A stretch of DNA of 64,000 nucleotides, taken from Hydrolagus affinis. Lineage: Eukaryota. The position numbers were made by a program, and so were the translations under genes. The notes under the pieces are model-generated. The model saw only the letters and a program-made list of their open reading frames with translations. It was not told where the DNA came from and did not search any database. Positions 13,043 through 25,879 of the stretch are shown piece by piece. The number at the start of each line of letters is the position of its first letter. Position 1 is the stretch's first letter. The DNA lies in contig JAAILG010000155.1 in assembly GCA_012026655.1 (NCBI GenBank), forward strand, positions 1 through 64,000, in the 5' to 3' direction.

Positions 13043-14214
13043 CAGTTCCGGTGTGCCTTGCGGCCTGTTCTTATGCTTTCTGAACCCAGGTTTGAAGAGG
13101 CCTGAAATCATCCATGGTATTTGCCTTAAAGGCTATCGCTGTAAACTTTGAATACAATAATAAGCAGTTTGGGAAAGCTTGTATTATTAAACTTTTAAAC
13201 TCAGTAGCTCAAAACGCTAAGAGCACGGGCATCTGGTGTCAAAATACTCATCTCTGAGCAGAGCTGAACATCCAGCAGCCCAGCCGAAAAAACAATCACT
13301 TACACTACCCTAAAATTCCAATATGTGTTACCAGAAAGTATGTCAGAGGCCAGGACACTGGACTCAGTTAAGACACAGCTTGATGATGTGATGGGAGGAT
13401 GAGATCAGATCAAGACGGGTCTGGAAACAGACCAAGCACTGGATGAGCCAAGAGAGCATTGCTCCCAGTGTGGCCTATCCTGACATTCTGTTCATTCTTA
13501 TTGTACTGTAATGGGTTTTGTTATCGTACCCACAGAGATGGTGTTCGATTGACATCTTGCAAAGCACATCACCTCGTACATGTATAAATGAGTGAATGAA
13601 ATGGTATGCCATCTGGCCACACTATATTTATGCACAAGAGGGTAGCATTCATTTAAATACTAAATGTTATGATTTTAAAAGGGTCCATAAGTGCTCTGCC
13701 TTTAAAAGTTTATGACTGTACTCTGTTCACCATAGAAGTTGCATTGGAAGTGTTGCCCATTTTGATAGCAGAGGACAAGACTGTTGAAGTATGTAATTGT
13801 TTGCAAATGACACTCTGCGAGGCCAATGCAACAGAGTTCTGTGTTTGAGGGGTTGTCTTACCATATCACCATAAACACCATTTCTGACCAAACGCTTCAT
13901 CTGGCTGAATCATTTCTCACCTAAGTGGCCTGTTTCCTGACGTGCTGGATTACAGCAATGAAGAATTACCAGAACGGTCAGACTCACCACTCATTTTAGC
14001 ATTTATCGATTTCAGTTTTTCTTTCTTTCTTCAAATCGACCACAATAAGATTACCAGGGGTTTACGGCTCACCCTGCATTTAAGGGAGGATAACTTTCTT
14101 GTTCAGGAAGTGGACTGCACTTCACAAGATAGTTCTGACTGATTCGGATGTTGAAAGCCACATATCTTTAGTAGAATCACAGAACATTTACAGCCCAAAA
14201 TCGAACCCATGCTG

Positions 14215-14615
14215 GCGCTCACTGCCCTGGAAGTGCTTGGTGCTCCAAACCCTTTCACCTGCTCTTTTCCCATACCCTTTAGGAAAAATGATAATATGGA
14301 GGCAGCAGGTACTGGAGTGGAGAATAAGCAGGAAGGAGAGATAGGGAGGTTCCAGGTCGTGGAAGGGATTTGTAGACGAATCTGAGGATCTTGAAATCCA
14401 TCCATTCTGTGATAGTGGAGCCTGGCAAGGAATGGGGTGATGGGGACATGGAGATTAAAGCGGATGAGTATACGGGTGGCGCAGTTTTGAATTTGTTGGA
14501 TTTTGTTGATAGTGGAGCTGAGGAGACCTGCGAGGAGGGTATTGGAATAATTGAGGTGAGAGGTGATGGGACGTGGATGAGGGTTTCGGCTGAATTGGGT
14601 GTGAGGTACGTAGCA
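14215..14615 (-). mobile_element. L2 LINE ORF2 C-terminal fragment
   Basis: ORF 14103-14636: ITSHLNYSNTLLAGLLSSTINKIQQIQNCATRIL..HVPITPFLARLH. Confidence 0.85.
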
Positions 14616-15477
14616 CAGTTTACAAAAAAAACTCAAATGCTAATATAACAGCCATTTGGCAACTCGCTTACATACTGAAAAATACATTTATCATATACTC
14701 ATGTAATTATTTAAACTAAATAGTGCAATAATAGCTCATGGTTAATGAACTATATTTTTTAAGGTTGATTGGTCTCAGCCCTGATTCTTTAATCTTGCAC
14801 GCCATGCAAGTCAAAGTCTATTACTAGCACTCGATACAGAATTCACACATCATTGTTAGTGGATATTAATGGTGTAATTTCTTACGATACAACGCAATGA
14901 ATAACATTAATGCCTTGCGCTTCAGCTATCTAGTCCTCACCCCACTACCAAAGCACTTATACTGGAGGAGAAATGCTCCACTTTCTCCTCTTGAGGGCAG
15001 GGCACATATTTCCATGTCGTACTATCAGTTGCGTGGCTGGGATGTGCTTTGGAGACTGAATCTGCATTCTCTTGGACAACATTTACTTTCAATGGTATGT
15101 ACGATTTGTTTGTGAATTCTTCTGTGTTTTGTTTAAAACAAATCACAAATTGGGCTGGGGAAAACTGGGCAGCCAATTGCACACAGCAGTGTCCCATAAA
15201 CAATTGACGATTGAGTGACCAACTTTTTTTTGAAGAGGCATATCGTGTAATCACCCACCACCAGAGTGATCTCATTAATGTACCATCAATGTAGATCTAA
15301 GGATATGAATATCTTAACCCATATAAAGTGGCTTGTTTTTAAGCACTAAGTGTTGAGTGCCCAGCTGATAGCTGACCCATAAGCCTGTACTTTTTATTCT
15401 GTGTGAGCTGATTGAAAATATCCATGCTGGGAAACAGAACATTGTTAGTTCTTAAAAGCCTTTCCCTCCCGACATGC

Positions 15478-15590
15478 TCCAGTTCTGATGAAGGGTCATG
15501 GACCCAAAATGTTGACTCACTTTCCTGTCTCTATATTTGCTGCCTGACCTGCTGAGTGTTCCCAGCGATTTCTGTTTTTGTTTTACTTTT
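15478..15590 (+). mobile_element. Penelope-like pLTR repeat with a CpG-decayed minimal hammerhead motif
   Basis: agtt-CTGATGA-agggtc-atg-gaccc-aaaa-tgt-t-gact at 15481-15517, then tgctgcctgacctgctgagtgttcccagc as in 55573-55674. Confidence 0.65.
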
Positions 15591-15642
15591 CAGTACCCCA
15601 TCAACTAGTGCATTCTATCACAGATCCTAAAGGGAATGCAGA

Positions 15643-15770
15643 AATAATAATAATCCTTGCATTTTCTATAGTGCTTTTTACATCTTATTGACGTCTCAAA
15701 GCGCTTCACAGAATATATTGTAAACTGAATTGACTGTATATTTTGTGGGTGAAACGGGGCAGCCAATACA
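15643..15770 (-). mobile_element. SINE 3' fragment
   Basis: (aat)n ccttgc..gtctcaaagcgcttcacagaatat..gcagccaat. Confidence 0.8.
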
Positions 15771-15809
15771 GAGGTTTGAACCTTCACATGGACCTAGCCT
15801 TAAGACCCG

Positions 15810-16960
15810 GTGTCCTGTGGCGCAGTGGTCAGCACGCTCGCCTCACAAGCTACACAACCCAAACCTTAAGCAAGTTTCCTTACTCCACACAACTCTGTTT
15901 ATCTAGCATTGAGTAGGAACCCGACTGTTAGTCAATTCGCAGATTCTTTCCAGGGGTGATAATTCCTAAAAAAAAAAATTGTTACTCAATTCATGACTAT
16001 TTGTGATACACCGGTGTGTGAAAGCGGCTGCTCCATTTTACTCACAAAATACACAAAATCGCTATTCCAGGTGTAATAATACCTCTAAAATAATAAGAAC
16101 ATAAGAGCAGGAGTAGGCTATTGAGCCCCTCGAGCCTGCCCCGACATTCAATAAGATCATGGATGATCTTCTAACCTAATTCCATTTACCTGCTCTATCC
16201 CCATAGCCTTCAATCCCTTAGAAATCTATCAACCTCAGTCTTGAATATGTTCAAGGACTGAGCATCCACAGCTTTCTGGGGTAGAGAGCTTCATAAATTC
16301 AGTATCCTCTAAGTGAAGAAAAGTTTCTTCAACACTATTCAAAAAGGCTGATCCTTAATCTTGAGACTATGACCCCTAGTTTTAGATTCTCCAACCAGGG
16401 AAAACAGTCTCACATTGTCAACTCTATCAAGCCCCTTATAGGTTTCTATAAGATCATCTCTAATTCTTCTGTATTCTAGAGAATATATATATATGCCTAG
16501 TTTACTCAACCTATCCTCATAGGTCAACCCCGTCATCCCAGGAGCCAACCTAGTGAATCTACACAGCAGCTCTTCTAAGGCGAGTATGTCTTTTCTTAAA
16601 TAAGGAGACCAAAAGTGCACACAATATTCTAGGTGTATTCTCACCAAAGCCACACACAATTGCAGGAAGACTTCTCTGCTCCTGTACTCTAACCCTTTTG
16701 CACTGAATGCCAACATGCTGTTAGCCTTTCTAATTGCTTGCTGTACTGGCATACTAACCTTTTGTGACTGGTGTAATAATAGTCATAATAATTTGGTCAC
16801 TGAATCCACCACTGTTTGTGGGACATTGTTGTGTACAATTGGCGTCTGTGTTTAGCCTACAAAATGTGCAGTCAATTCGCTTTGCAGTATATTCTGTGAA
16901 GCGCTTTGAGACGCATTGAAGATGTGATAAGGCGCTGTATCAAATGCAAGTATTATTATA
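15810..16960 (+). mobile_element. tRNA-derived SINE (long subfamily) interrupted by CR1
   Basis: Head gtcctgtggcgcagtggtcagcac at ~15812; core runs to ~16090 and resumes at ~16776, ending in the tail at ~16960. Confidence 0.7.
16094..16775 (-). mobile_element. CR1 LINE, 5'-truncated (ORF2 C-terminus and 3' UTR)
   Basis: ORF 16339-16752 VQQAIRKANSML..LVRIHLEYCVHFWSPYL..TRGHSLKI; aagaacataag tail. Confidence 0.93.
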
Positions 16961-17224
16961 ATAAGGATTATTTTTATTATTCCTTTAGAGTCCAAAGCCG
17001 GCTAACCAGGCACATTGCAGTACTAGCTCAGCCTGTGCTTTGAGAGGCGAATAAAATGCAATCAAGTGTTTCTCTCTCAACAGATTTGCAAGAGAAATTA
17101 ATAGATACTTTGACCTTCAGTGAATCCTGGTTCTTTTTCAAGACAAGGAGCTCCCTGCTTACCATTTTTATTGAGTGCCGCTAACAGCAGGGAGAACGTG
17201 CAGGTTGTGTAACTTTGTGACTGA

Positions 17225-17400
17225 GCACAAACTAGCTGTATGCCTCGTAGCAGACAATTCCAACTATCCTCTGCGTGAAGGTATTGTTTAACCAATCTCC
17301 CCTTTCCATTTCTTTTTGTCATTTCATGAAATGTCTGCCCTTGTGTTACTGAATCAGTGGAAATAATCCACAAGTTGTCAGAATCCATCATCTTGCAGAC
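17225..17400 (-). mobile_element. Very old CR1 3' remnant
   Basis: Reverse complement ..ttatttccactg..acaagggca..cttcacgcagaggatagttggaattgtctgc resembles the CR1 LFPL..TRGH..FTQRVV..WNSL region. Confidence 0.4.
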
Positions 17401-18477
17401 ACACTTTTTAGACCTCGGGTCATCCTTTAACCTGCTCAACTCAATTGGAAAAGCACCTGAGTTCTGATGTCTTTACTCACGTTGAACCCATAGAATTCAC
17501 AGCACAGAAACAGGTCATTTGCCCAACTAGTCACATACCAAATGAGTCTCTGTCCATCCCTATTATTATTACTCTTATTATTATTATCTCTCCAAGCTCT
17601 TTCCAGCTGTCACTTTCCAACCTGCAGAGTGCTTACGATTCTTGCAAAGTGTTAAGAAGCACCTGTTGATCCCACTCACGTAGAAGAAAAGGAAAAACAA
17701 ATTTCCAGTATCCATCTACGCATGTTGATAATAACATTCATTGTCTCGAGACCACATGATCCTCAGGGAACAGGGTGGGGTTATGGGTGGGGAAGGGTGA
17801 GAGGGGGGGGAGAGAGAGTCATTCTTCGGTCAGATTCTCACTGTTATACAAAGCGCAAATCCTAATGCTTTCTCTGTACATTTCCATCAGGGTTTGTAGA
17901 TACTGCTCATCCCTATGGAGCAATGTTCATGACAATGAATAACCTTTCTATATTCAACACAAGCAGCTGAGTCTGCCAGCACCACTCACTCACTGCTCTG
18001 ATTATCAACCCACTGATTCCTCCATCCCTTCTCAGTGAATTGAAGTGACCGGAATAGACAAGACAAAGGAATTTCCGACCTTCCGACTGACTGACTGACC
18101 GACAGACAGCCAGCAGAAACCAGAGACGATGGACAAACAACAAGGATTAGATAGACAGAAAGAGAACTGGCATTAGAAACAGACAAAAGGAATCAGAGTC
18201 AATGGAGAATTACAACAACAACCCTTGCATTTGTTATTGATTGTTTCACACTGTCAGGATGCCTCTACGTATTGTAAAAGATTCACAACAACTTGCATTT
18301 ATATGGCACCGTTCAACTGTAAATTGTAGTGACTGTGTATTTACTATAAAGTGTAATCAATGTGTTTTGTGAACATAGTATTTAGTGGGAGAGTAGGTAG
18401 GCCATATTCCAGCACCTTGGGAAGTCCTTCTGATGTTGAAGGCGCTATACAAATGTAATTTTGCTGTTGTATGTATA

Positions 18478-18507
18478 AATATATTATATATATATATATA
18501 TATATAA
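18478..18507. repeat. (TA)n microsatellite
   Basis: tatatatata run seen directly. Confidence 0.9.
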
Positions 18508-18650
18508 TGTAATCAAACTCACCAGTGAGTTGGAACAACGACAAATGGATGCATAACACTGTGGGCCGCCGAGATTCTAACCTCTGGCATTAGGAGTAGA
18601 GGCTGGTTGGTCTCTGTGTGGAGGTGATATTGAAGTCTCCTGTCTAAACA

Positions 18651-19544
18651 GGATGCAAAAAGATTGCAACGGGATATAGATAGGCTAGGGGAGTGGGCGA
18701 GTAGGTGGCAGATGGAATTTAATGTGGGGAAGTGTGAAATTATTCACCTAGGTAGCAAAAATTAAAAAAAAAGATAATTTTCTAGATGGGGAGAGGTTAA
18801 ATAGTGTTAGTGTACAAAGGGATTTGGGTGTCCTTGTACATCAGTCTCAAAAAGTTAGTTTGCAGGTGCAGCAAGCAACTAAAAAGGCAAACGGTTTGTT
18901 AGCGTTCATTGCAAAAGGTTTAGAGTACAAGAGTAGGGAAGTCTTGCTGCAACTATATAGGGCCTTGGTGAGACCCCACCTAGAGTATTGTGTGCAATTT
19001 TGGTCTCCTTATTTAAAAAAGGACATACATGCCTTAGAGGGGGTGCAGCATAGATTCACTAGGTTAGTTCCTGGGATGAGGGGACTGACCTATGAGGATA
19101 GTTTGAATAAACTAGGGCTGTATTCTCTAGAGTACAGAAGAATTAGGGGAGATCTTATTGAAACATATAAGATTCTTAAGGGACTGGATAAAGTAGACAA
19201 TGAGGGACTGTTTCCCCTGGTAGGAGAATCTATAACCAGGGGTCATAATTTTAAAATTAAGGGTCAGCCTTTTAGAAAAGAGCTGAGGAAACATTTCTTC
19301 ACTCAAAGGGTAGTGAATTTATGGAATTCACTATCCCAGAAGGCTGTAGATGCTCAGTCCTTGAACATTTTCAAGGCTGAGATTGGTAGATTTTTAAAAA
19401 ATAGAGGGATTAGGGGATATGCGGATAGGGCAGGTAATTAGAGTTAGGTCAGAAGATCAGCCATGATCTTACCAAATAGCGGAGCAGGCTTGAGGGGCCG
19501 AATGGCCTACTCCGGCTCCTAATTCTTAGGTTCTTATGTTCTTA
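18651..19544 (+). mobile_element. CR1 LINE, 5'-truncated, relatively young
   Basis: 205-aa ORF 18824-19441 with LYRALVRPHLEYCVQFWSPY, RGDLIETYKIL, TRGH, FFTQRVVNLWNSL; 3' UTR ggggccgaatggcctactcc plus (ttcttatg) tail. Confidence 0.95.
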
Positions 19545-19899
19545 AGGGTTGAACAAGCACCAAGATTCCGTAATGGGTCGGTGAGATGCAGAGTGCGTCA
19601 CTTCCGGGTGCCATTTTTCAAATCCACCAGGGCTAAGAATTATTTTTTATTTTTGCCTTTTCTACGACTTCCTCCTTTTCAAGGTCTCTCTCCTTCCCCT
19701 CTCTCTCACTCTCTGCCTCTCAAACCCTTTTTAATCCTATCATAATTGTCTTTCCCATTATGAGTCCTATTCCCAGCGCTCAAAATTCTCTCATACCCCT
19801 GCGCCAGTCTCCTTAGGCCCGCTATATCAGGAAGCTAACCATGCCTCGCTGCCTCCTAGTCTCAACGTACATGATCATTGGTACTTGACCAGTGACCCA

Positions 19900-20120
19900 A
19901 GTTGCCATCCCCATACTCCTGTGCTGCCCTGTCCCTTCCACATTGCCCTATAAATCATCTGTTCCAATAAATCCGTCTCCAATAAAGCCCTCACTTGTCC
20001 ACGACCTCAATGTCAACAAAAACATCAATATCTTCGCCCTCAATGAAACCCGGTTCGCTCCAGACAACAGCTTTCCTCTCACCAAGGCCACACTTCCTGG
20101 CTCCACATTCAATCTAAAAT
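19900..20120 (+). mobile_element. L2 LINE ORF2 N-terminal AP-endonuclease fragment
   Basis: KPSLVHDLNVNKNINIFALNETRFAPDNSFPLTKATLPGSTF, cf. KxxxIHDLIxDxxIDILALTETWL..EAxPPGY. Confidence 0.75.
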
Positions 20121-20804
20121 AAACATTCAGCTTTTTATAGCACATCGCAGGTGGTTTGCAATTATTCCATTAAACCTGCCTTCAAAGATAAATTAGAACC
20201 TGCTGCAAATTATCCACACCACGGCAATAATGCAAGGAAGCAATGAATTAAGAATTTTCTTCCAAAATACATCTAATTAACTCAACCGAAACTTGCCAGA
20301 GTTACAAGATGAGAGCAATGTATCACTGTCATGCACTTTATCACATGTGAGAACTTAATTGCTAAATCAACTTTTTGTTTTCGAGGAGGATTTTAAACAA
20401 CAAACATCTCAACCAATGTTGGTAGTAATGCCGTTGGGAAAAGAATTTGTGAGGGTTCAGTGTAAATTAATAAATACTCTCTCTGTGTGACGCTCATACC
20501 AGCTTCAGATGTCCAGAGGAGCTGGGCATCTGAAGCTGCCACTGCTCAGAGATGCACCACAAACTGAAAGGACTGGGTGGGTGGAAAGTGTTAGTGGTGA
20601 TAGGGAGATGATTAAACACAGAGTGATTCATCTTCAAACAATGTTAACATGTTTACACAAACAGTACTGGAGGCTCCTGTTCACATAATTCGAAGAACAA
20701 CAACTACTACTACAAATTGGATTCATATCATGCCTTTCACATTGGAAAGATGAACCAATGGTTTAGACAGTTAAGGGTTTGCACCCGAGCTGGGAATTGG
20801 AATC

Positions 20805-21175
20805 AACAACAGCTTGCATTTATATAGCGTCCACCATGCGGGTAATGTCCCAGAGCACTTAATCAAGAGGGTAGAAGTGTAGGGGCAGTGAGGGTTACAG
20901 TGCGGTTGAAGGCATGGTTAAAGGGGAAGGACTCAAGGGGGGTTCTTGAAAGAGGTGAGGGAAGGGGCAAGGTTGATAGATTCGGGGGTGGAGTCCCAGA
21001 GCGTGGGGGCAGAAAGGCTGAAGGTTCGCCCATCAGTGGTGGGCAGGGTAGGTGACATGGAGCAGGTCACTGCCTGCTGAACAGAGGGAGCAGACAAGTT
21101 GGTAACAGGTCACAGAGAAGGAGAGGAACAGGGCTGTGGAGTGCCTTAAAAGTGAGGGCGAGGATTCACTTACCT
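20805..21175 (-). mobile_element. L2 LINE 3' end
   Basis: caacaacagcttgcatttatatagcg tail; gaaggttcgcccatcagtggtggg; ccttaaaagtgagggcgaggat (ILALTFK). Confidence 0.75.
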
Positions 21176-23169
21176 CAGTCTTTGTTTACAACAACAACAA
21201 ACAACAACAAAATTACATGTATAGTGTGCCTTTCACATTGGTAGGACATCCCAAGGCATTGTTATTTACCTTCTTGGTAAAGAAAATCTTTTTAGTGTCT
21301 GTCCTGAAATTGCCACTTTCAATTCTAAATTCATGCCCTCTTGTTCGACTGTTGATGCATCCTAAAGTATTGATCTGAACTACGTTTTCAATCCCATTTA
21401 AAATATTAAATAGTTCTCTGCAGTCTACTGTGAATCAACTTCTTTGAAGACTGAGATGGAGGGAGTGAGGAATGAGGACAAGCTCATAATCAGAAGACAG
21501 AGGATATGGGCTGGCCCACAGGGCGAGAGGAGATGGCATGAGTAGAGAGGAGCAAGCACACAAAGGAATTTGAAGGTCAGGACAGCGATGTGCTTTGAGA
21601 CATCTTGCTAAAGTGACAAAGCGCTGTGTAAAGACAACTGTGGTGCTGGATGCCAGCCAAGATTTGAAATGGTGGTTGTGTAAGCGTTACACTAGTGCGG
21701 AAGGATGGCACAGGTAAAGAGAGCCAACACAGCAGTTTGTGTCATGGACACTGTGTCACTGAGTTCTATCAATAGACTGGAGACAATTAACCGAAACGAC
21801 TTCTGAGGTGTCCATCTATTCAGGGCGATCACCGACTAATTCCACGGGTTACTGATGTGCACACACAGCATGACTGGTCCAGATAATTGCAGGCAAAGCA
21901 CCTATTGTCCCTCGAGGGTCTGAACTACATACTGATGTCTGTGCACTTCTCCCTCTCTGCACTGCTTAGAATGATCCGAAATTCTTATGGAATGTAACTT
22001 GCAAATTGACAAGATGCATTCTGTAATCATAATTTAAAACGCTGGCTGGTTACTTACCGTATGTATAATTGCCAGAGCTGCTTGCTTAATTGGCAAGGTT
22101 TGTTACTTCATTATTTGCAATTGTCAAGGAACATTAGCTAACCGCAGCTGAGAAAGAATATTACGGACCTAAACTTAAGCCTAATAGTGATCTAAAAAAA
22201 ATCTTTGCATTTGACACAGCGCTTTATCATGATGTGAAGACGTCTCAAAGCAGTCCACAAGACTTACTGTAAAGTGGTGCGACTGTGTATATCATGGCTG
22301 AGCAATTTTGAGCTCAGGCAACAACAACAAAAAAAAAGCTGTTTAAAAAAATATATATATCAAACCGTTGGGAGCAGGTCTCAGCTCGAATTGCACAAAT
22401 AGGGCTCACAACCTGTACAAATCCCAAGAGTCTCTGGAACGCTTTATTTCCTGGTTTAACATGAGTAAATGGAACAGCGCCGTCACACAGGATGAGCGAG
22501 GGATTGGACTGAAACACTAACGTGCTTGGCAAGTGGTTCGACACTCACAGACAGGATCTGATATTAATCTGAAATTGGTGCAACAGGGTCGGGGAATATA
22601 CATATGTAGCACAACATCCTAATTGCATTCACAGGAATGAGGCATTTACGTATTTAGAAAGGTCTGCTACAAGTAGGTCAATTATTTTGTGAAGTGTAGA
22701 AGTTGGCACGAGCTGGGGATTTGGGAGCACTGCATGTTACTGTATGCTGTGAGTGGTGGGAGTGTACTTGGTAAAGCATCTAGACTGTTGTGGTCAAGCT
22801 CATTACTCCAGTTCCCTTCATATTAATGGTTATCAACAGCGCAACAGGACTGAACTAAAAAAAAGTGCTAAACCGTTGTAAAGGAGTTTTGGGACCACAT
22901 ACACCACAGCTTACACTTTCATCGCTTTAAATGCTGCCGCCCCCTTGCTTTGTGCTAATTCTCGTGTTGCCAGTCACTGCGTGAAGTGCTCCGAGATGTC
23001 TTCCCGGTGTGAAAAGCACTACATGATGGACGTTGCCGCTTTTTTTTTTACGCGCTTTTGAAGAGTTTCTTTACAAGAGCAGTACCAGACTGCCCTGCTT
23101 GACTAGGCCAGCTGAGGTAATGGGGAAAAAGCAATTACAAGAGCGAACGGTATCTGCACTTCGAAGCCA

Positions 23170-23470
23170 GTGTGCCCAGAGCTCTGGAAAGACACGCGGA
23201 TTGGGTTTCAACGAGTGAATTGTACACTGAAATAGAGTCACAAAATAAGAAAAATAATAATTTGGTGACTCAATCCAAGATTGTTTGTAGGACACTGCTC
23301 CAGCGCTTCGCCCGCAGAATATACAGTCAATTCACTTTATATGTTCTGTTTATGATACGTTGTTTCCTCAGTAACCCACCTCAGGTTCCACCGAGCGATA
23401 CAAGATATCTTGAGGACATGAAAAGGCGCCATAACAAAATGCAAGGATTATGATAATGATGATGATTATT
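23170..23470 (+). mobile_element. SINE (4856 family), degraded
   Basis: ttggtgactcaatcc..atatacagtcaattcacttt..tgaaaaggcgcc..aaatgcaaggatt. Confidence 0.7.
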
Positions 23471-23479
23471 AGTAACGTG

Positions 23480-23970
23480 CTGTCACTAGTCACTTCTTTC
23501 CTGCAATGTATTTAATCAAAGCCGTACTGTTACTGTGCAAACCTCAGACACACACATAACCCATCTCCTGGCTTATTTCCCGTGAATTTCACTAATTACC
23601 AGAGGTGTTTGAATATCATCACCCCTAACAGGCTTGATTACAGTAATCTAGACCACAATTGTCAATACGACTTCCCTCCGCAATGCCAGCAGCGAGCGGA
23701 ATGTGTGTGTTTTCAGACCTGGGAGGACCCATTGTGAGAGAGCGTTCTCTGCAATGCTCTCAGTCCACATCATTATCATCACCATTTGTCAAGCAGATAT
23801 TGTTGATTGAGTCCTGCACGGCCAGTCTGTAAATAAAGCTGATGACAAAACTCTGCTCCTCCTGAATCATCTCCAGTTGATCAGTCCCCCTGGGCTTTTC
23901 CTGACAGGCTCGATCAATGCAGTCAAACCTGTCTCGCTCATCATTGTGCAAGCACATTCCTATTCTCCTG
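23480..23970. promoter_or_regulatory. Candidate conserved non-coding element or enhancer
   Basis: Repeat-free island with retained CpGs, TGATTGA (23804-23810), TGACAG (23902-23907) and TAAT cores; function is inferred only. Confidence 0.3.
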
Positions 23971-24419
23971 TTCTAGTGACAGATATTCCAATCAGAAATT
24001 CTACTACAACAAAATTACATTTATAGAGGTTCTAATCAACTAGGTGGGGGAAGTGGGGGGTGGGTGTTTGTGGAGGATAACCACATATCCAACAATGAAT
24101 TAGCCATGTAGATTTTTACAGCAACATCCTGTCACTTATTTTAGAAGCAAGGATTGTATTTCCTCGTTTCTTATGTTATTACCGACGTCAATTAATTTGT
24201 AGCGCCAGCATGGCAAAGTTCCAAACACAAGCCATGATTTCCCAGGTTTTCCACAGTTAAGAGTCCGTTTGTTAATAGATCTTCCCCACCTCAGCGATAG
24301 GCTGGGAGACTTGATCATCTGACCTTCCACCTGAGGAGGTGTTGCTCACTGACCCTCTGTTATGTTCTTTCCGTCTCTCGTCCTAGTGTGTAACAGCTTG
24401 TATCAACTGGCGAATCTGT

Positions 24420-24825
24420 GTCAGCCTGCCTCAGTTAGTGTGTGTCAGGGTGACTCACTCGGAAGCGCTCTCGCCTCAGTCAAACAAGCCCCTCATTTGA
24501 ACTCACATAGTCTGACACTTCAGCACAAGGGGTGTATTACATTGTTGGGAGTTCTCATCGTTCACATGAGATGCTAAACCGAGGTACCTGTTCAGGTGGC
24601 TGATCCTATAGCACTACAGTACTTTGAAAAGAGAAAGGAGTTTCTCTCAGTGTTCAGGCCAACATTCCCTGCAACTAAAATTTGTGACTCACTTTGTGAC
24701 TAATTGAAGGGATGGTTACATGTGTGTAAATTGGTTGTCACATTTTCCTACGAAAATACATAGTCACTAGACTTACAGTAAAATGTGTGAAGCGCTTTAA
24801 GACATCCTCCCGACATGATTAGTCA
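24420..24825 (+). mobile_element. Old DeuSINE, near full length
   Basis: atgagatgctaaaccgagg..ttcaggtgg..gatcctatagcact..ggagtttctctcagtgttcaggccaacattcc..gtgaagcgcttt. Confidence 0.75.
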
Positions 24826-25109
24826 TTTTCAATAATAGAACACAAGTGATCTTAAACTCGACATCACTCTAATGGATGAATTTAGAATTATATTAAAACA
24901 CACAGTTTCTTGCTTCATGAATTAGAAAAGAAATCTTTCCACAGAAGGATGATTGAAATATGGAATTTTCTGCCACAAATTAATAGTTGAAGCAGAGTTC
25001 ATAAATTCTTTTAAGATAGATACTTAAAGTGAAGGTATATCAGATTAGGGTTAAGTGGAGAAAAAACACCGAACACAGATTTAATAATACCCTATAATAA
25101 TAATTATAC

Positions 25110-25420
25110 TAATAATAATCCTTGCATTTTAGCACTTTTTCACATCTTCTAGACATCTCAAAGTGCTTCACAGAATGTAAAGTGAATTCATTGTATATTT
25201 GTGTGCGAAAAGCGGCACCAATTGCACACAGCAGTGTTCTACGAACAATCATGGATTGAAATGACCAATTTTATTATTTTTTTTTGGAGGGATTATTATT
25301 AGGTGTGTAGAGTAAGGAAACTTGGCCCAAAGTTTCGCCCTGACCTGCCTGACCTGCCTGGATTCGAACACAGGTCTCATATTTGTAAGGCGAGTGCTTT
25401 AACCACTGAGCTACAGGATT
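25110..25420 (-). mobile_element. tRNA-Ala-derived SINE, full length
   Basis: ggattcgaac B box and aaccactgagctacagga A box (reverse), core and tail. Confidence 0.9.
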
Positions 25421-25879
25421 TGTTAAGCTAAAAGTTTTGTTTCCTGCTGATTCTATAATTCTATGTTCCTTTGTCTAGGTTGTTTGCTAATTCTGCTTCA
25501 TGCTGAGATTACGCTTTATGCGATGGACAAGTAAGTGCCCCTTTCCTTGCCAACACATTACCATTAGATGTTCATGTACTCTGAACAGGCCAGAATCATT
25601 TGGAGACTTTGTGCTTGAGAGATTTCAGGCAATGACCCAAGACAAACCAATATATGTGTCTCTTTTGCGAGGTTTCTTATTTCCTCAAAATGATCTTTTG
25701 CTCTGAAGCTTGCGGGGTTGCATGCACCTTCCAAGACTATTGAGGCCAAGACATAACAAGCAATGATTGCTTAGCAATTAGGCAAAGCGAGGTGTTAATC
25801 ACTCTGAGAGGCTACTCTGCGTGGAGGAGGGCTATACAAGTGCAAGTTGTTGTTGTTGCTAACTCCTTGTTCCATTGGA

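Noticed and set aside
17098-17439. 113-aa ORF with a GTAAG donor-like site as an exon
   Set aside because: The nucleotide sequence resembles a decayed CR1 3' end, and no protein family is recognised
18824-19441. 205-aa ORF as a host gene
   Set aside because: It is the C-terminus of CR1 ORF2, 5'-truncated and followed by the CR1 3' UTR
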